Positions 12,025 through 24,460 of a stretch of DNA of 64,000 nucleotides are shown here, piece by piece. The notes beneath the pieces are model-generated. The model ran no database searches. It was given only the letters and a program-made list of their open reading frames with translations, and was not told the DNA's origin. The DNA is from Haliotis rubra. Taxonomy: Eukaryota. The stretch is taken from the NCBI RefSeq assembly GCF_003918875.1, contig NW_025767301.1:2790001-2854000 (forward strand), in the 5' to 3' direction. The position numbers and the translations under genes are program-made. Numbering within the stretch: the first letter of the stretch is position 1; each line of letters opens with the position of its first letter.

Positions 12025-12422
12025 CCTAGACTAACGCTTAGTCTCTGAATATATGTAATTTTGATAGTAACAAACAAACCCATTGAAATTGAAAATGAGC
12101 CCCGGGGAGACCAGAGATTCAGTCTGAACCTAAGGAAATCAAGACTTGCTTCATTTATGGCTTCAGCACTGCAGAGAGGGCTTGGCAGTAGGTAAAATAA
12201 TGTGGTTCAGGGACTGTGAGACAGTCTACTGGAGCTGTAGACTAACAACAAGTCTCTGAAATGAACATATTTTAATTGAAAAAGTTCATAGTAAAAAATA
12301 ATATAATATAATGAAAAGGAGCCCTGAGACTTTCTTCATTTTCAGAGACATTTTCTAGACTTGCGTGGACTTTCTTGGATATATTTGCTTCAGGGTCTGT
12401 ACGACAGACTACTGGAGCTGTT
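12025..12422 (+). repeat. Dispersed repeat family C (two related ~200 bp units in tandem)
   Basis: TAGACTAAC..GTCTCTGAA..CAGGGACTGTGAGACAGTCTA. Similar copies at 7681-7790, 44830-45030 and 55293-55491. Confidence 0.75.
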
Positions 12423-12424
12423 AC

Positions 12425-12690
12425 ATGCTCTGGAAAATGCCCTTTAGGCGTGCCAGTAACCTGTGATCATGAGTTCTAATCCCGCGTTTGCCCACATCAT
12501 CAAAAACCCCTATTATGTTCACCAAGGTGGTAAGGCCTGCCTCAAATGACTTGGGAATATCCAAATGTAGAGTAATTGCATGAGAGTGCACGGTGTCAAT
12601 CGGATGAAGTTGCTACAAGCATAGCTCTATTTAGGAGAGGTATGTGACATATATCCCAGACCCTAGCCTAGACAACCGCGGTCACTTATA
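12425..12690 (+). mobile_element. Decayed Naiad-type RT fragment
   Basis: LGVPV (12444) ~ VGIPM; SDEV ~ IDDV; DIYP (12646). Confidence 0.5.
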
Positions 12691-13169
12691 ACTAAAGGGG
12701 TCACTGTGCAGCCATTAAAACGTTGGCTCGTCACGCCGAGGGCCAGGGTTCGATTCATTCATTTGGGGCAATATATCTCCAAACCATTATGTGACTGAGT
12801 TGAACATGAAACAGAACGCACTAATTTCAATCAGGGTCGGATCTTGACTAATATGTTGGTAGAATAATTAACCAAATATATTTTTAAAATAAAAAGAAAA
12901 CAGCAGAGTATGAAATATCTGGACTAAACATAGAAATATGAAAATATAGTGATTAAAAACAATTAAACTTTTCTTAAGTTTATTTAATTCAATAACTTTA
13001 TGATTGAAACAATGCCAATGCGATTATAGCGTTTCACCTCCCTCACTCTTAATCCTAACCCTATGATAACAAGTTCATGTATTTCATATTTTGGTTTGAC
13101 AGTGAACCTCAGCTAAACACCAACCGAGCCCAAATACATATGCCTGCTGCATCAACGTAACGATTGTTT

Positions 13170-14670
13170 ATGTAATGCTGTTGTTCCGACAAACAATACT
13201 AGCATTATAATGAGCCACTAAGAGGTTATCTAGTAAGCGGTGTTTGCACAAACCTTTTCCACGGCGCTGATTAACAACCTTCAGTTGTCAAAGTTTATTC
13301 AGAGCTGTTTTTTGGTCTCTCATTATTTAGATACATTCGCTCATACACCTAACTCGATTTGTTTGAGGGACAGTGATTAAAAAGATTTCAAACTGGAGTA
13401 AATATTTGATTGACTAATTCGGCTCCCAAAGAAATGCATCCAAACATGAACAATTACTTAAAATCGATGGATTTATTTGGGCTCAAACACCGGGAAAGGA
13501 AGGTTGGATAAGATTGATGGTATTGGAAAGTGAGGGAGTAGTTCCGTTTCTGCAGATGGCATCTTTGAAGGTTCCCTACACAGCGATGTTTTCACGTTAA
13601 ACTAATGCAGTTAAAAAGGCCTCACTCCGTAGCAGCACCACAAAAACAGGATGTGTTTTCCCGAGTTGGTCTTTCAATCGAGGCTGTTTGGATAAGTCAG
13701 TCGCCCAACCAATTTGACGTAGAAAAATCCGGCCTCTTCTCGTTTCTTTCAACAGTCTCATCTGCTGGCGAGCGCTGGAAATACAAAATTCGTTAATTTC
13801 TCGAAAATTAGTCAATAAAGTCTTGTGTTATCTGTGTAAATTCACGGACGTTTCATTTGGGTATCGCTTACGTCCTTGCAAATGAAATTATCCATGTCGT
13901 AAGCGGGTCTCAGCTGTGGACGTCGTTCACAAGTCTCGCGGCGTTCGTTAATGAGCGCGATCTGGGGGTATCACTTTCACGGGGGTAATCCTATAGGTGT
14001 CACCGGACAGGATGGCAGGGGCATCTCCAACGACGCACCGCCAAGTCGTAAATCACACCTCGTTTAGACTACCGCCATGACAGTGGATGGGGCCTCGCCA
14101 TAAATCAGCCTTTGGCAAATAGGGGCAAGCCCTGTAGCTAAAGAATGCTTGCACCTCTTCAGTTACATATCTGTATATGCTGAAGGAATTACTGGTCGTG
14201 TACGGTAACTCAATCCGTGATTTACAGACAAGGGGTCCGGATTTTATGTCGTCCCTAAAGAGGGGGTTAGAATTGGTCATTTGTCTGCCCTGGTCATCAC
14301 AATTTTACTGGTCATTTGGGACGGACAGAGCAAAGTATTACCCCACAAAGCCTGTGATTTCGAATTGTTCGAAACGCGTTATTATCTAGTCAGAATGAAG
14401 TATAGTATTTGGCGTATTTTGTGAATGTGAACTGGCGTGTCAAATCGTCCTACTACTAAAGGTCTCTTTAGCCGTGTCAGCTTATCCTTAAGACAACTTC
14501 TCTGATATATTGGCAGATTTCAAGACGGAGATGATCATGCACATTTAGAAAAGTGTTGGGTATTTCTTCGTCGGTCGTCAGACTTTTATTGTGGAGGATT
14601 TAGTGCCTGTCGAAATATGTTTGCGAGCTGAGACATATTCAACATGGCATTTGAGAAATTAAGCCATGGG
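13170..14670 (+). mobile_element. Long decayed Naiad-type RT copy
   Basis: VVPTNN ~ VPADKASNN; ORF 13605 DVFSRVG..VWISQS; GNPIG (~13984); FSYI; PKE[GGGG insertion]LEL (~14254); FGVF. Confidence 0.65.
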
Positions 14671-14699
14671 ATCCTACCATGTTTGAAATATGGAGAATT

Positions 14700-15030
14700 G
14701 CCAAAGACAGTTGGAAAAGTATAAGTATAATATCTGTCGTGTTTGATGTCCAATCACATCATGTTTACAATGTGAGAGATTTGCCTTCGTTGTGTTTCTG
14801 TGTGTGTCAGCACCCGTGTTCATGGGTTTTACCAAAGGTGTACACTTCAAAGACCGGGATCTTTTCCGGTTTTGCTCCCACATCAAGCTGGTATATCTGG
14901 AATATTGTTTGAAACATCATCAAACCAGACTCACAATGTGGGCTCGAGAGAGGAGGATGTCCTTCTCACGCAATTCTGGAGCATCCTTTCATATTCTGGC
15001 TTCCTTTTGCAATTGATAGGATAATTTCTC
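14700..15030 (+). mobile_element. Decayed Naiad-type RT N-terminal fragment
   Basis: ORF 14792..15016 ..LFRF..SFSRNSGASFHIL ~ AYSRSGVNQMWIL. Confidence 0.5.
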
Positions 15031-15659
15031 TTTCGCTATCAGAATTATACAGATCCCAAAATTCTGATTCAGAATAGAAGCCCATCTCCCATTGTTTGCT
15101 GTAAGATCGGAGACATAGTGTTCGGGTGGTTACAGTGTGTGATCTGGATGATTGCATGTGTCATTGTTCCCTAATGGCGTGGATCGTTGCTAAGATGTCC
15201 ACAACTGGCGGGTTTGACCAAAGTGGTACAGTTGAAAAGAAGATGACTGAAGTAATATTCACTCACCCCTAAAACAATATTCCAAAAATATCAATCCACA
15301 CATTGTAACAAAACTACGGGGGGTTTTGCTTGTCTCCCCTATGGATGAACATTGGAGGAGGAATATCACGGGGTGAATGACTTAATTTTATTCTTCATGA
15401 CAACTTTCTGTGAGTAACCATTCTTTATCAAATGTATATGCTCATCCGCCTCGCCACGCCACGCCACGCCACGCCACGCTACACCACGACACGTCACAGA
15501 TCCTATCCGCAGTCAACCCCACACACTACAATCTCACTTCCGCCTGTGATTCCAGAAAGTCCGCATCTTTATGTCAATCGCTGGGCGACTATCTCCTGGG
15601 GTTGCCACCAGTCTATATCTTATTATCTAACCTCTGGTGATCAATACCTTCAATAATGA

Positions 15660-16130
15660 GGATAGAGTCGTGTTCCCCTGTTCCAGCGACACCCGCATAG
15701 CACCAGGAGCGAAACAGAACATTTGTGTATTGCGGGTGCCTCCGGCCTAGCTCACACGATACCCCTTCTAATTACAATGTGCAGGGGGAATTAGGCTTGG
15801 GTTTCAAATCAGGATTAAACATCATCCAAAGACATTGACAAAAGTCATAAAATGCGCCAGAGTAATCTATAATTGAAACTGACGGTACGTCATACAGTTT
15901 GCAAGCTTCGCTTAAAATAGCAGTAGAGATGTTCCTTCATCGAGGTTTAACCATATCTGTGCTTGCTTTGACATTTATTTATGGATTGTACAGTTTTATG
16001 TGAATACGATATGTCCTTTATAATGTTCATCTTCCCAGAATGCTTGTCTCCTAATGACTGTAATCCTGGAATATACTGAGACTGATTAAATCATTTCTTG
16101 TTACACAAGGCCAAAATGAGAAACTTCATT
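15660..16130 (+). mobile_element. Decayed Naiad-type RT N-terminal fragment
   Basis: CIAGAS ~ FIAGS; PLLIT; SGLNII. Confidence 0.4.
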
Positions 16131-16199
16131 TTTCAAAGGCAGGTCGTTTCGTGTTCGTTTTTTATATATGTTAATTATAAAAAGTACGTTAACAATTAA

Positions 16200-17200
16200 A
16201 ACTTCGGCACATTTCCTAACTTTTACTAATTGTTACTTTTCAAATGATATTATTGCTGAAATATGAGTTATTCAATTTGATTCCCGTAATCTCTTCAGAG
16301 TATTGTATCACTAATGCTTCTTTTAACAAGTTATGTCATCATGAAATGGGCAAGGTTTGCAGTTGCACACAACTGAGCAAATGCAAAAATATTCACTTTA
16401 AGCGGCTCGAAGAACGTAAAGTACCGAACCCAAAACAGAAGGTGCATTTTACTCTGCAGTAACAATAATACATTTTTTATGTCAAACTGACAGAGTGATA
16501 TGACTCATGTTTCAATAAAACCAAAAATAATCTTATCATAAAAACATAATCATCCGATAAATCGCGAACGCGACAAGGTCCCGTTGATAATCGACATTTG
16601 GCATCGAGGAAACAGACTAGCGTACAACAAAATACTCATAGCTCACATATTAGTCCAGTTGTAAATGTCTATGTTTATTTCGCGACATGCCCCATCTTGG
16701 TTCCATACCGCTTTACGTTATCTAAATCGCAAGGGGAGGTAATTAAGGAGACGAGCAGGTTCAAGACCACCAAATACTTACATAACGTGAATATATAACA
16801 CATGTCATCTTCAGAAGCAAGTGGCTCTGATTTAAGACATCAAAGTTATCGCTGTTCTTTATGTATTATTTTGAGAGGTTTAATGCCTATTATACCGTTC
16901 AAGATAATTTATTCTCATAGTCCGAAAAATGACTTCGTGTGAGGTCTTTTCTGCATATAGCTCACAAGGATTGCATGTTACGCCATGAAATATACATCAA
17001 CGGGAGAATGAATTACATCAGTATGCGTTACGAGAGAGCTTCTGGATCTGGAACTGTTTGTCCTGTTTACAAGTTCTTACAGCACTCCAAAATGAACTTT
17101 CATTTATAGAACATTGTTAAAAGAGGTTGTTAGTTCAGTGTACATCTTTGAGGGCATATTTACGAAAAAAACTATCGCATATATGAATAATATGACAATA
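16200..17200 (+). mobile_element. Decayed Naiad-type RT copy
   Basis: FPNFY*L ~ LPxLYWI; ORF 16598 VQQ..SHISPVVNVYV..RFKTTKYLHNV; KNDF; MRYERAS ~ IRYARAC. Confidence 0.6.
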
Positions 17201-17339
17201 CTTATTTGTATAGTCATGTAGAATACTTACTTAATTACTTACTTACGTCGCACATGAGGCCGTTTTCCAACGATGTCTATCCTGGGCACATTGATGCACC
17301 TGTATGCAATATAGTCATACGAAAATTCGTAACAAAGGT

Positions 17340-17408
17340 ACACACGCATGCACGCACGCACACACGCACATGCATGCATGCATACACGCACGCACGCACG
17401 CACACACA
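17340..17408. repeat. (CACG/CA)n microsatellite
   Basis: Simple repeat. Confidence 0.9.
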
Positions 17409-17609
17409 AAGGAATGTCTTTCTTATAATCAAAACTTAAGGATCAGTAGTAAAGCTGTACTAAAAGCATATTGTCTTTAATATCGAAAACATTGCTTGGA
17501 AGCTAACAGTGTCAACATGGCCTCAGTTGTGATTTTGCATTTCTATCCTGACTTGGGGAAATCAAAAACATATTTGCTGAGAATGGACTGTTTTGGGACT
17601 ACTGGGATG

Positions 17610-17745
17610 GTACCATATGTACGCGATTGATGCTCGTGCCGTTGATCACTGGATTGTCTGGTCCAAACTCAAATATTTACAGACCGCCGCCATATAGCTG
17701 GAATATTGCTGATTGCGGCGTAAAACAACAAACCAAACCAAAACC
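17610..17745 (+). mobile_element. SINE family B, 3' half
   Basis: GATCACTGGATTGTCTGGTCC..CCGCCGCCATATAGCTGGAATATTGCTGA..GGCGTAAAAC with AAACC tail. Confidence 0.88.
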
Positions 17746-17939
17746 ATATGTACACTTAGAATGTGCTTTCAGGGTACATGTGCAAGGTTCAATGCACTAC
17801 AACCAGCAACTTGTACTGAATAGCAAACATTTCTCAAGGTTATATCTGATCAAGGGAGCAAGGGTTTTCGAGTCCCAGCCATTGCAATTCGCGTTGTGCA
17901 TGGTTACGTCCCTCAGGCGTGTCATAATCCTGTGCTAGT

Positions 17940-18152
17940 GACCCGTGAAGAAGAATTAGTCTTCAGCAACCCATGCTTGTCGTAAGAGACGACTAGGATC
18001 GCAGATTGGACTTACACTTCGTATCCAAACTGCGTAGATCGATGCTCATGATCTTGATCAGCGGATTTTCTGGTCCCGAATCGGTTATTTACAAGCCGCC
18101 ACCATATACCTGGAATATTGCATATACGGTTAAACAACAAACAAACAAATAA
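17940..18152 (+). mobile_element. SINE family B with internal deletions
   Basis: Starts GACCCGTGAAG, contains CATGCTTGTCGTAAGAG, ends in (AAAC)n. Confidence 0.85.
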
Positions 18153-18154
18153 AC

Positions 18155-18430
18155 ATTCTGACAGTTGGTATTCTTATGAGAGAGTTTAATCGTACCGTTG
18201 AACTTCTTATGTAAACGGGGAAAATTTCACTTCTATCTGAATGCTAAATTTGTCCTGATTATGATATGTGGGTTTCAACACCATACCCTCCACCAGGTTT
18301 CACCACTGATGTAAACGACGAAGACCATCGTCATTTCTTGATTTCCTCCCATATGTTGCTCAAATAGAACAGAAAGCGACAAAAGACACAAAGCGATCGA
18401 TCAGATCCAAATGACACTGAAGTCACTACA
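18155..18430 (+). mobile_element. Decayed Naiad-type RT fragment
   Basis: TVGILMRE at 18161-18184 ~ TVGIPMGT. Confidence 0.55.
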
Positions 18431-18440
18431 TAGTCTATTA

Positions 18441-19012
18441 CCAGCTAACACACGACATTTTCGCAACGTTGTGAGAAGGTTGTAGATTGGTAACGTCATG
18501 ACACAACGTTGTCACAACGTTAGTATTACGTCATTTTAAAACGTCATGTCACAACGTAATAACAACGTTGCAAATTTGCATTGAGGAAACGTTATGCTTT
18601 AGGCTCCTCACAACGTTATAACAACGTTTATTATAACTTGATGTTACGATAGAGTTTTCTGTAAAACCTTTCTCTTTGTGATTCCTTATACTCTATTCAG
18701 GCACAGATTCAGAAAACACACGACCAAAACAACATGCAAATTGACGAATAATCATTGAAGTGAATTTCTGCTTTGCTTCTTATGTACTGTTCACTACTGG
18801 GAAAACTATTTAACTATTAACGTAAATAGAACGTTAAGACAACGTAAAATACGTAAGCATCACATAACTTAACCTTGTGGCGACGTACAAATGACGTATG
18901 ACAACGTCAGGCCACAACGTTGTGACAACATAAATGGGAGTCCACAGAATAACGTAACAACGAAAGCATAACGTTGTGACAACGTTGTACCAATGTGAAA
19001 TTGTTAGCTGGG
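18441..19012. mobile_element. Non-autonomous DNA transposon with CCAGCTAACA TIRs and ACAACGTT subterminal repeats (EnSpm/CACTA-like architecture)
   Basis: Ends CCAGCTAACA / TGTTAGCTGGG, with many ACAACGTT copies clustered at both ends. Confidence 0.8.
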
Positions 19013-19029
19013 TTACAACACTACACCTG

Positions 19030-19430
19030 TAGCTTATCAGTCTGAACTATAGCCATAGCTCTCAAGTGATGAAATCGTTGGCAGATGTTTGCTTTTGTGT
19101 CTTAGATTTCATGAAAAAATGTCGGCGGATTTACATAAAAAATTACAAACGTACTGAATCCCTTTAGATATATTAAACCATGACGTGACCAAGCAATCGA
19201 GGGAGAGAGGTAACTGGGTTATTTTTCTCTCATGGCATACAAGACGTTTATACCAAGACTGGGATCTTGGATTTGTAGTACCATACACGTAAGTATGATA
19301 CTAACTTGCAGCTCCTACAAATAACAAAAAATAGTCATCTCAGCCCAACCCGGATCAGCATTTTAAACAGATTCAAATCGCATGTTCATGAATCCTATGT
19401 TAAACAATGCGTCGTTATCATATGCATGTG
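19030..19430 (+). mobile_element. Decayed Naiad-type RT fragment
   Basis: ADVCFCVLDFMKK, FRYIK (19163), ILDL, KYD. Confidence 0.65.
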
Positions 19431-19489
19431 AGAAGGCCTGAGACATGCGCGCACACACACACTCACACGCACATCCATTCAACCGCTCA

Positions 19490-19700
19490 CAGAGGCGCAA
19501 TGTCCGTTTGATTGTGTCTACATTCGTGAAAATATATTACCAACGAACATTTATGAATTGGTTTTTTCACCTGACCACCCGATGATAGTGTCTGATAGTT
19601 ACAAAACATCACCTGCGTGATGCAACATCGTAGGCAACGGCATGTATATATACTTTCAATAATTCCGTTGTTGACTGAACATATACTGTAGAAGTACAGC
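19490..19700 (-). mobile_element. Decayed Naiad-type RT fragment
   Basis: ORF 19487..19702 SGGQVKKPI...TDIAPL. Confidence 0.45.
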
Positions 19701-20033
19701 ATAAGTTACGTATTAGTCGGTAATGGTCATTGAACTGAATAATTCGATGACGCAGTTACCGTTTTACCTCCAAACACGCAGTGCTAAAGTACAGCCTAAA
19801 TAACACATCAGTCAATACAAGGTGATGGAATAATGGCACACTTCAGTACCGTCTTTCCTCTGATAGATGTCTCTGTGCTTAACACACGTTACAGTAGTGT
19901 TAAGCACGGCATAAATAGTATTAATCAATACACGGTCATGTAATAAAACAAGTCTGAAAGCAGTTACCGTATTTCCTCTGACAGAAGCCGAGCACGCTTT
20001 ACATTAAGTTTAAAGTACAACATAAATAGCATG

Positions 20034-20535
20034 AGTGAGTGAGTTTAGTTTTACGGCGCACTATTCCAGCAATATTCCAACTATATGGCACCGGTCTGTA
20101 AATAATCGAGTATGGACCAGACAACCCAGTGATCAACAGCATAAGCATCGATCTACACAACTGGGATACGTTGCGTCAGCGAGCCTGGCCACCCAATCCC
20201 GTTAGTCGCCTCTTACGACAAACATGGGATACTGGCATCCGTACCTCAAAGCGATCATAGCACTACGGCAGTCGTAAGTCTATGTTAAAGTATGGGAGTT
20301 ACGATCATCTTAGCACTACGACAGTCGTAAGTCTATGTTAAGGTATGGAAGTTACGATCATCCTAGCGCTGCGACAGTCGTAAGTCTATGTTAAAGTATG
20401 GCAGTTACGATCATCTTAGCACGACGACAGTCGTAAGTCTATGTTAAAGTATGGGAGTTACGATCATCTTAGCGCTACGGTGGCTTGGAGGAATGGGGCC
20501 CTGAAGATCAATTCTAACCCGGATCTTCACGGGTC
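20034..20535 (-). mobile_element. SINE family B, full length, carrying a nested MITE
   Basis: (GAGT)n tail through to GGATCTTCACGGGTC; TSD TAAATAGCATGA. Confidence 0.9.
20235..20500. mobile_element. PIF/Harbinger-like MITE with ~4.3 internal 53-bp tandem units
   Basis: CTG duplicated at 20232-34 and 20501-03; imperfect TIRs; unit TAGCACTACGACAGTCGTAAGTCTATGTTAAAGTATGGGAGTTACGATCATCT. Confidence 0.8.
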
Positions 20536-20559
20536 GTAAATAGCATGATAGTACATATA

Positions 20560-21560
20560 CATTCTCGTTACATTATTCGATGAAGTTGGAAATTATAATT
20601 GATTTTATAAATATAGAACGTCAATTCAAAAGAATGAACAATACCAAACACAAATCAATTCCACATGGCGTATTAAGCAGTCCGCAATAAAAATCACATG
20701 AATGGACGACTTAAAATCCCCGACAACACCAGGTATTCAAGAAAAGAGTCAAAGACAGTTGACATGCGGACGTTTACCGGAAACAAGGAACCGAGTATGT
20801 CAATATTTCAAGCTTTAAAGGATCAGATGATAAGTATAAACGGGTTTAAGCTGACATTATTAGGTATAAACATTACTCAGACATGAATAAGAACTATAAA
20901 TTTCCCCATATACACACTGTTCGTAAGCATGAAAATAGTTTGTCTTGTGGGATTTTAAGCTCACATAGTGAGTGAGTGAGTTTAGTTTTACGCCACACTC
21001 AGCAATATTCCAGCTATATGGCGGCGGTCTGGAAATAATCGAGTCTGAACCAGACAATCCAGTGATCAACAGCATGAGCATCCATCTGCGCATTTGGGAA
21101 CCGATGACATGTGTCAACCCTTGTCAGCGAGCCTGACCACCCCACCCCGTTAGTCGCCTCTTACGACAAGCATAGTCGCTTAAGCTCAGATAGATTTACG
21201 TGTGTATATATGTAGGGTGAGTGAGCGAGTTAAACTGTTACGTCGCTCTCGTATTATTGCAGCTATATAGCGACATAAACTTGTGGGATATATACGATTC
21301 GTGAAGATTTAGACGTGGTAATCAAAAGATTATATTTCACAAAGGACTTTGGATTGGGATTACACATATGTTAATATTGTAATGGAAAAATTGAGTTTAG
21401 TTTGTCAATAGAGAAGGAAGTAATACATTATTGTAAACTGTCGCAAATAGGGGAAAGATAGAATACATCCACGATTACGAAGTCACCGTTTAATATTAAT
21501 GGTAGCCTTTAATTGTCCAAAGGATTACTTGAAAAAGTACATATATCTTCGACTGTTGGC
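20560..21560 (+). mobile_element. Decayed Naiad-type RT core split by SINE insertions
   Basis: INSTWRIKQS and SKTVDMRTF (ORF 20698) before the SINEs; GNQKIIFHKGLWIG, EYIHD and CPKD after them. Confidence 0.65.
20968..21180 (-). mobile_element. SINE family B, 5'-truncated
   Basis: Family B sequence; TSD TAAGCTCA(C/G)ATAG. Confidence 0.9.
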
Positions 21561-22299
21561 AAAGAAATTGCCTGCAGCAAAATTTCATATATATGTGTTC
21601 TCACCAGCAGCATCCAGCTATTTATGTGGCACAGACACATTTGTTGAAACAGTCACAGACATCAGTCAGTTAGAAGCTGCGGTCCTGTTGTCATATCAAA
21701 GGGAGATAACATGCCTTGCTGTGTTTTCCATGGTGTCAGGCAGGGGAGATAATGCTGTATTATTTGAAATTATTTGAAATTATTTCATCGATTTGAGTCT
21801 ATAAAATACTTCCTCATCTTTTGTTTGTACTATTTTCACAAACACCACTCTGTTGTCAGATAACATTATTGTTATGTTGGCAGTACGTGACGTGCAGTCA
21901 TGCAAGGGAGATAATTGTCTATTTACAGGTAACACATATGAAATTGTTTTAGCAATTTGAGATGGTAACGTTGTAATATATGAGACTAATTTTCTCATGT
22001 GTCACAAATATCATTGTCACGATTCTATCGTCCAGCTAATACAGTTATTCTGATTGATAATATGTAGAAGAAGTATGTATAATGTGAATGATAACACCCC
22101 TAAAATTTATGTACAAAATAAGTGACCCCCTGCATGTCATGTGCAAAAACAATGACCCCTTCCCCTTCCCATAATTTCTAAGCATAAATTTAAAATATTA
22201 CTATGTACAAAATTGCTGCCCCACCCCACCCTAGTACATGTGTACAAAATTGATGAATATACCACACCCCCACCCCACACCCCTCCACCCCCGACATAA

Positions 22300-22840
22300 A
22301 TTATGACAGACACAGACCGTGACTCTATCAGACACAGACCGTGACTCTAACAGACACAGACTCTTGAACAGATGCCGACACACCAACACACACCGGGTCT
22401 CTAATTGGCAGACAGACAGACAAACAGACGGACAGATAATTTAATTGGCGCCGCTCTTCCCACAGACTTAGACACCCCAACAGAAGCTTGGACACCGACA
22501 CACCAACAGATATCGGGTCTCTAAGTTTTCGCATGTCTTCCAACAGACACTGACCGTATGACAGACGCAGACACTTCAAAAGACACCTGGCTTCCAACAG
22601 CCGCAGACACCTCAACAGATACCAGACCTCCAGACGCTCCAACAGACGCAGACACCCCAACATACTCTGGGACAGTAACAGACGCCAACTCCATAAGAGA
22701 CGCAGACACACCAAAAGACACTGGTCCTCTAACAGACGCACACACCTCAACAGATGCAGGTTCTCGAACAGACGTCAACCCTCCACCAGACACCAGATCC
22801 GTAACAAGACAAGTGTGTCGGTTCTCCAACAGACGCATGG
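22300..22840. repeat. Degenerate ~36 bp minisatellite (ACAGACGCAGACAC..)
   Basis: Recurrent ACAGACGCAGACAC(C)CCAAC / CTCTAACAGAC units. Confidence 0.8.
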
Positions 22841-22904
22841 TCTGGTGGAATAGTAAATGAATTATCCCCACATAGAACCATGTACTTACTTGTAACAAAC
22901 TCAC

Positions 22905-22948
22905 GGTGAAGACATATTAGCCGCGTCTCCACTTATCGCCTGGAGCGT
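22905..22948 (-). other. Candidate 44-nt spliced exon
   Basis: Minus strand reads TTGTATTTCCTTCCACAG | exon | GTGAGT, with canonical acceptor and donor. No partner exon confirmed. Confidence 0.45.
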
Positions 22949-23329
22949 CTGTGGAAGGAAATACAATACTTACATCATTCTCATGAGAACACAACACTAT
23001 ATAGAGTACAAGTCATCTCGGAGTTTATCATAGTGACCTACAAATACAACGATCGCGTTGGGTAATTTAACAAAGAGATGATGGCAAAGAGTCAGCAGAA
23101 TTTACACCTACATGTAGTTTCATCAACATGTGAAACCATGTTGGTAGGAATGTTTATATACGTGTATATACCATCCACATTATCCTTACATAAGTATATA
23201 ATCTGTGTTTATATTTCCAATCCAAATTGGAATTACTCTAACGTATACTATCTACGTACATGTATAAAGAAATAAAAAATGAATGAAGAAATACCTTAAT
23301 GTCGATTAAAGAAGTAAATATTCAAAATA

Positions 23330-23950
23330 AAATAATAATTTGGTTTTCTTACACGGGGACTAATTATCTTACAAACAGTGTATACCTGACTAGTGAAAGA
23401 TGAAAGTTAATTGTAATGATCTTCCTTATAACACCCTTAACACTGATTCACAGGAAGGAAATTTATGTTTATACAAAATATGATATTTGCGTAAATGTAT
23501 AGGCAATTTTAGAAAACATCTCCCTGATATTGATGATTTCATGCCATCAAGTATGGCCCCAGCACTGATGAAGAAAGGTAAATATGCCTTGTCCTTAATA
23601 TTTACTTCGAGATTGCTAATTGGGCTAGTCAAGTGAATGCTAATGTGTCTGTGGACTCTAAGGATGACCGTTGGATATTCATACAAATAAACCCGAGTTG
23701 ACGTCTAATGAAGTAATACCGACCCTATGCATGCTTTATATAGATTGGCCAATGAAGCAGAGGACAAATACGGTGTTTGTGTTTCAGGACGATGTTTAAG
23801 CGATGTACATTGCATTTTTTAAACGCTAAACCCGATAAAGGCACGGAAAGAAAGAATTGAGCAGGTTGTTTGAACATACGCGATTAGATCAGATGTCTCA
23901 CACAAAAGAGTTGTTCTCCCGAGGCTCGCGATCACGCATATGACTCGGCT
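23330..23950 (+). mobile_element. Decayed Naiad-type RT, C-terminal half
   Basis: LMKKGKYALSLIFTSR (23565) ~ LLKEGKKKLARSFNFTFR; KYGVCVS (23766) ~ AYGVYIS. Confidence 0.65.
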
Positions 23951-24009
23951 TTTGTGGAAGAAAATGGGACCCAACAGAAATATTTACTCAACCAGCAAGA
24001 TCTTCTGTT

Positions 24010-24460
24010 CATAAATGGTATCCCAATTGCATTTCAAACATTCAATATGTCTTTACTGTTTGCGGCAGTCTAAAACTTACTGGTGCCTCTCAGCTACTTT
24101 TTCAAGATTCAATAAAAATCTTTAAGTGCCAACTGATTTCTGAGATTGGAGTACGACAAGGTTTTGTGCCGTGGCTTTCATATAAAGCCAAGATGTGGTC
24201 GATGAGAGAGATAGAACTGTTTCTCCAATTTCCATTTCATTATTGCATTTTCGGTGTTTAGTTGTCATTTATACAAAGGAAATGAAACGTTCTTTCATGA
24301 AGTCTAACATTTATAACCGTTATGTTTGAGCAATAAACATCGCTCCGAAGAAACAAATTGATTTAGACTACGTGTTCTGTTTGAATGTTAAGAATGATCA
24401 TTATCTGTTGAACATGAACGCACATCTTTTACTTTAGCACTGACACTAAACAATTAAAAG
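24010..24460 (+). mobile_element. Decayed Naiad-type RT N-terminal fragment
   Basis: WYP(K)LH with a 1-nt loss; CGSLK..SQLL; AKMWSM (24187). Confidence 0.55.

Noticed and set aside
22558-22860. Mucin-like Thr/Asp-rich CDS
   Set aside because: It derives from a degenerate minisatellite, is open on both strands, and has no supporting splice or start context.
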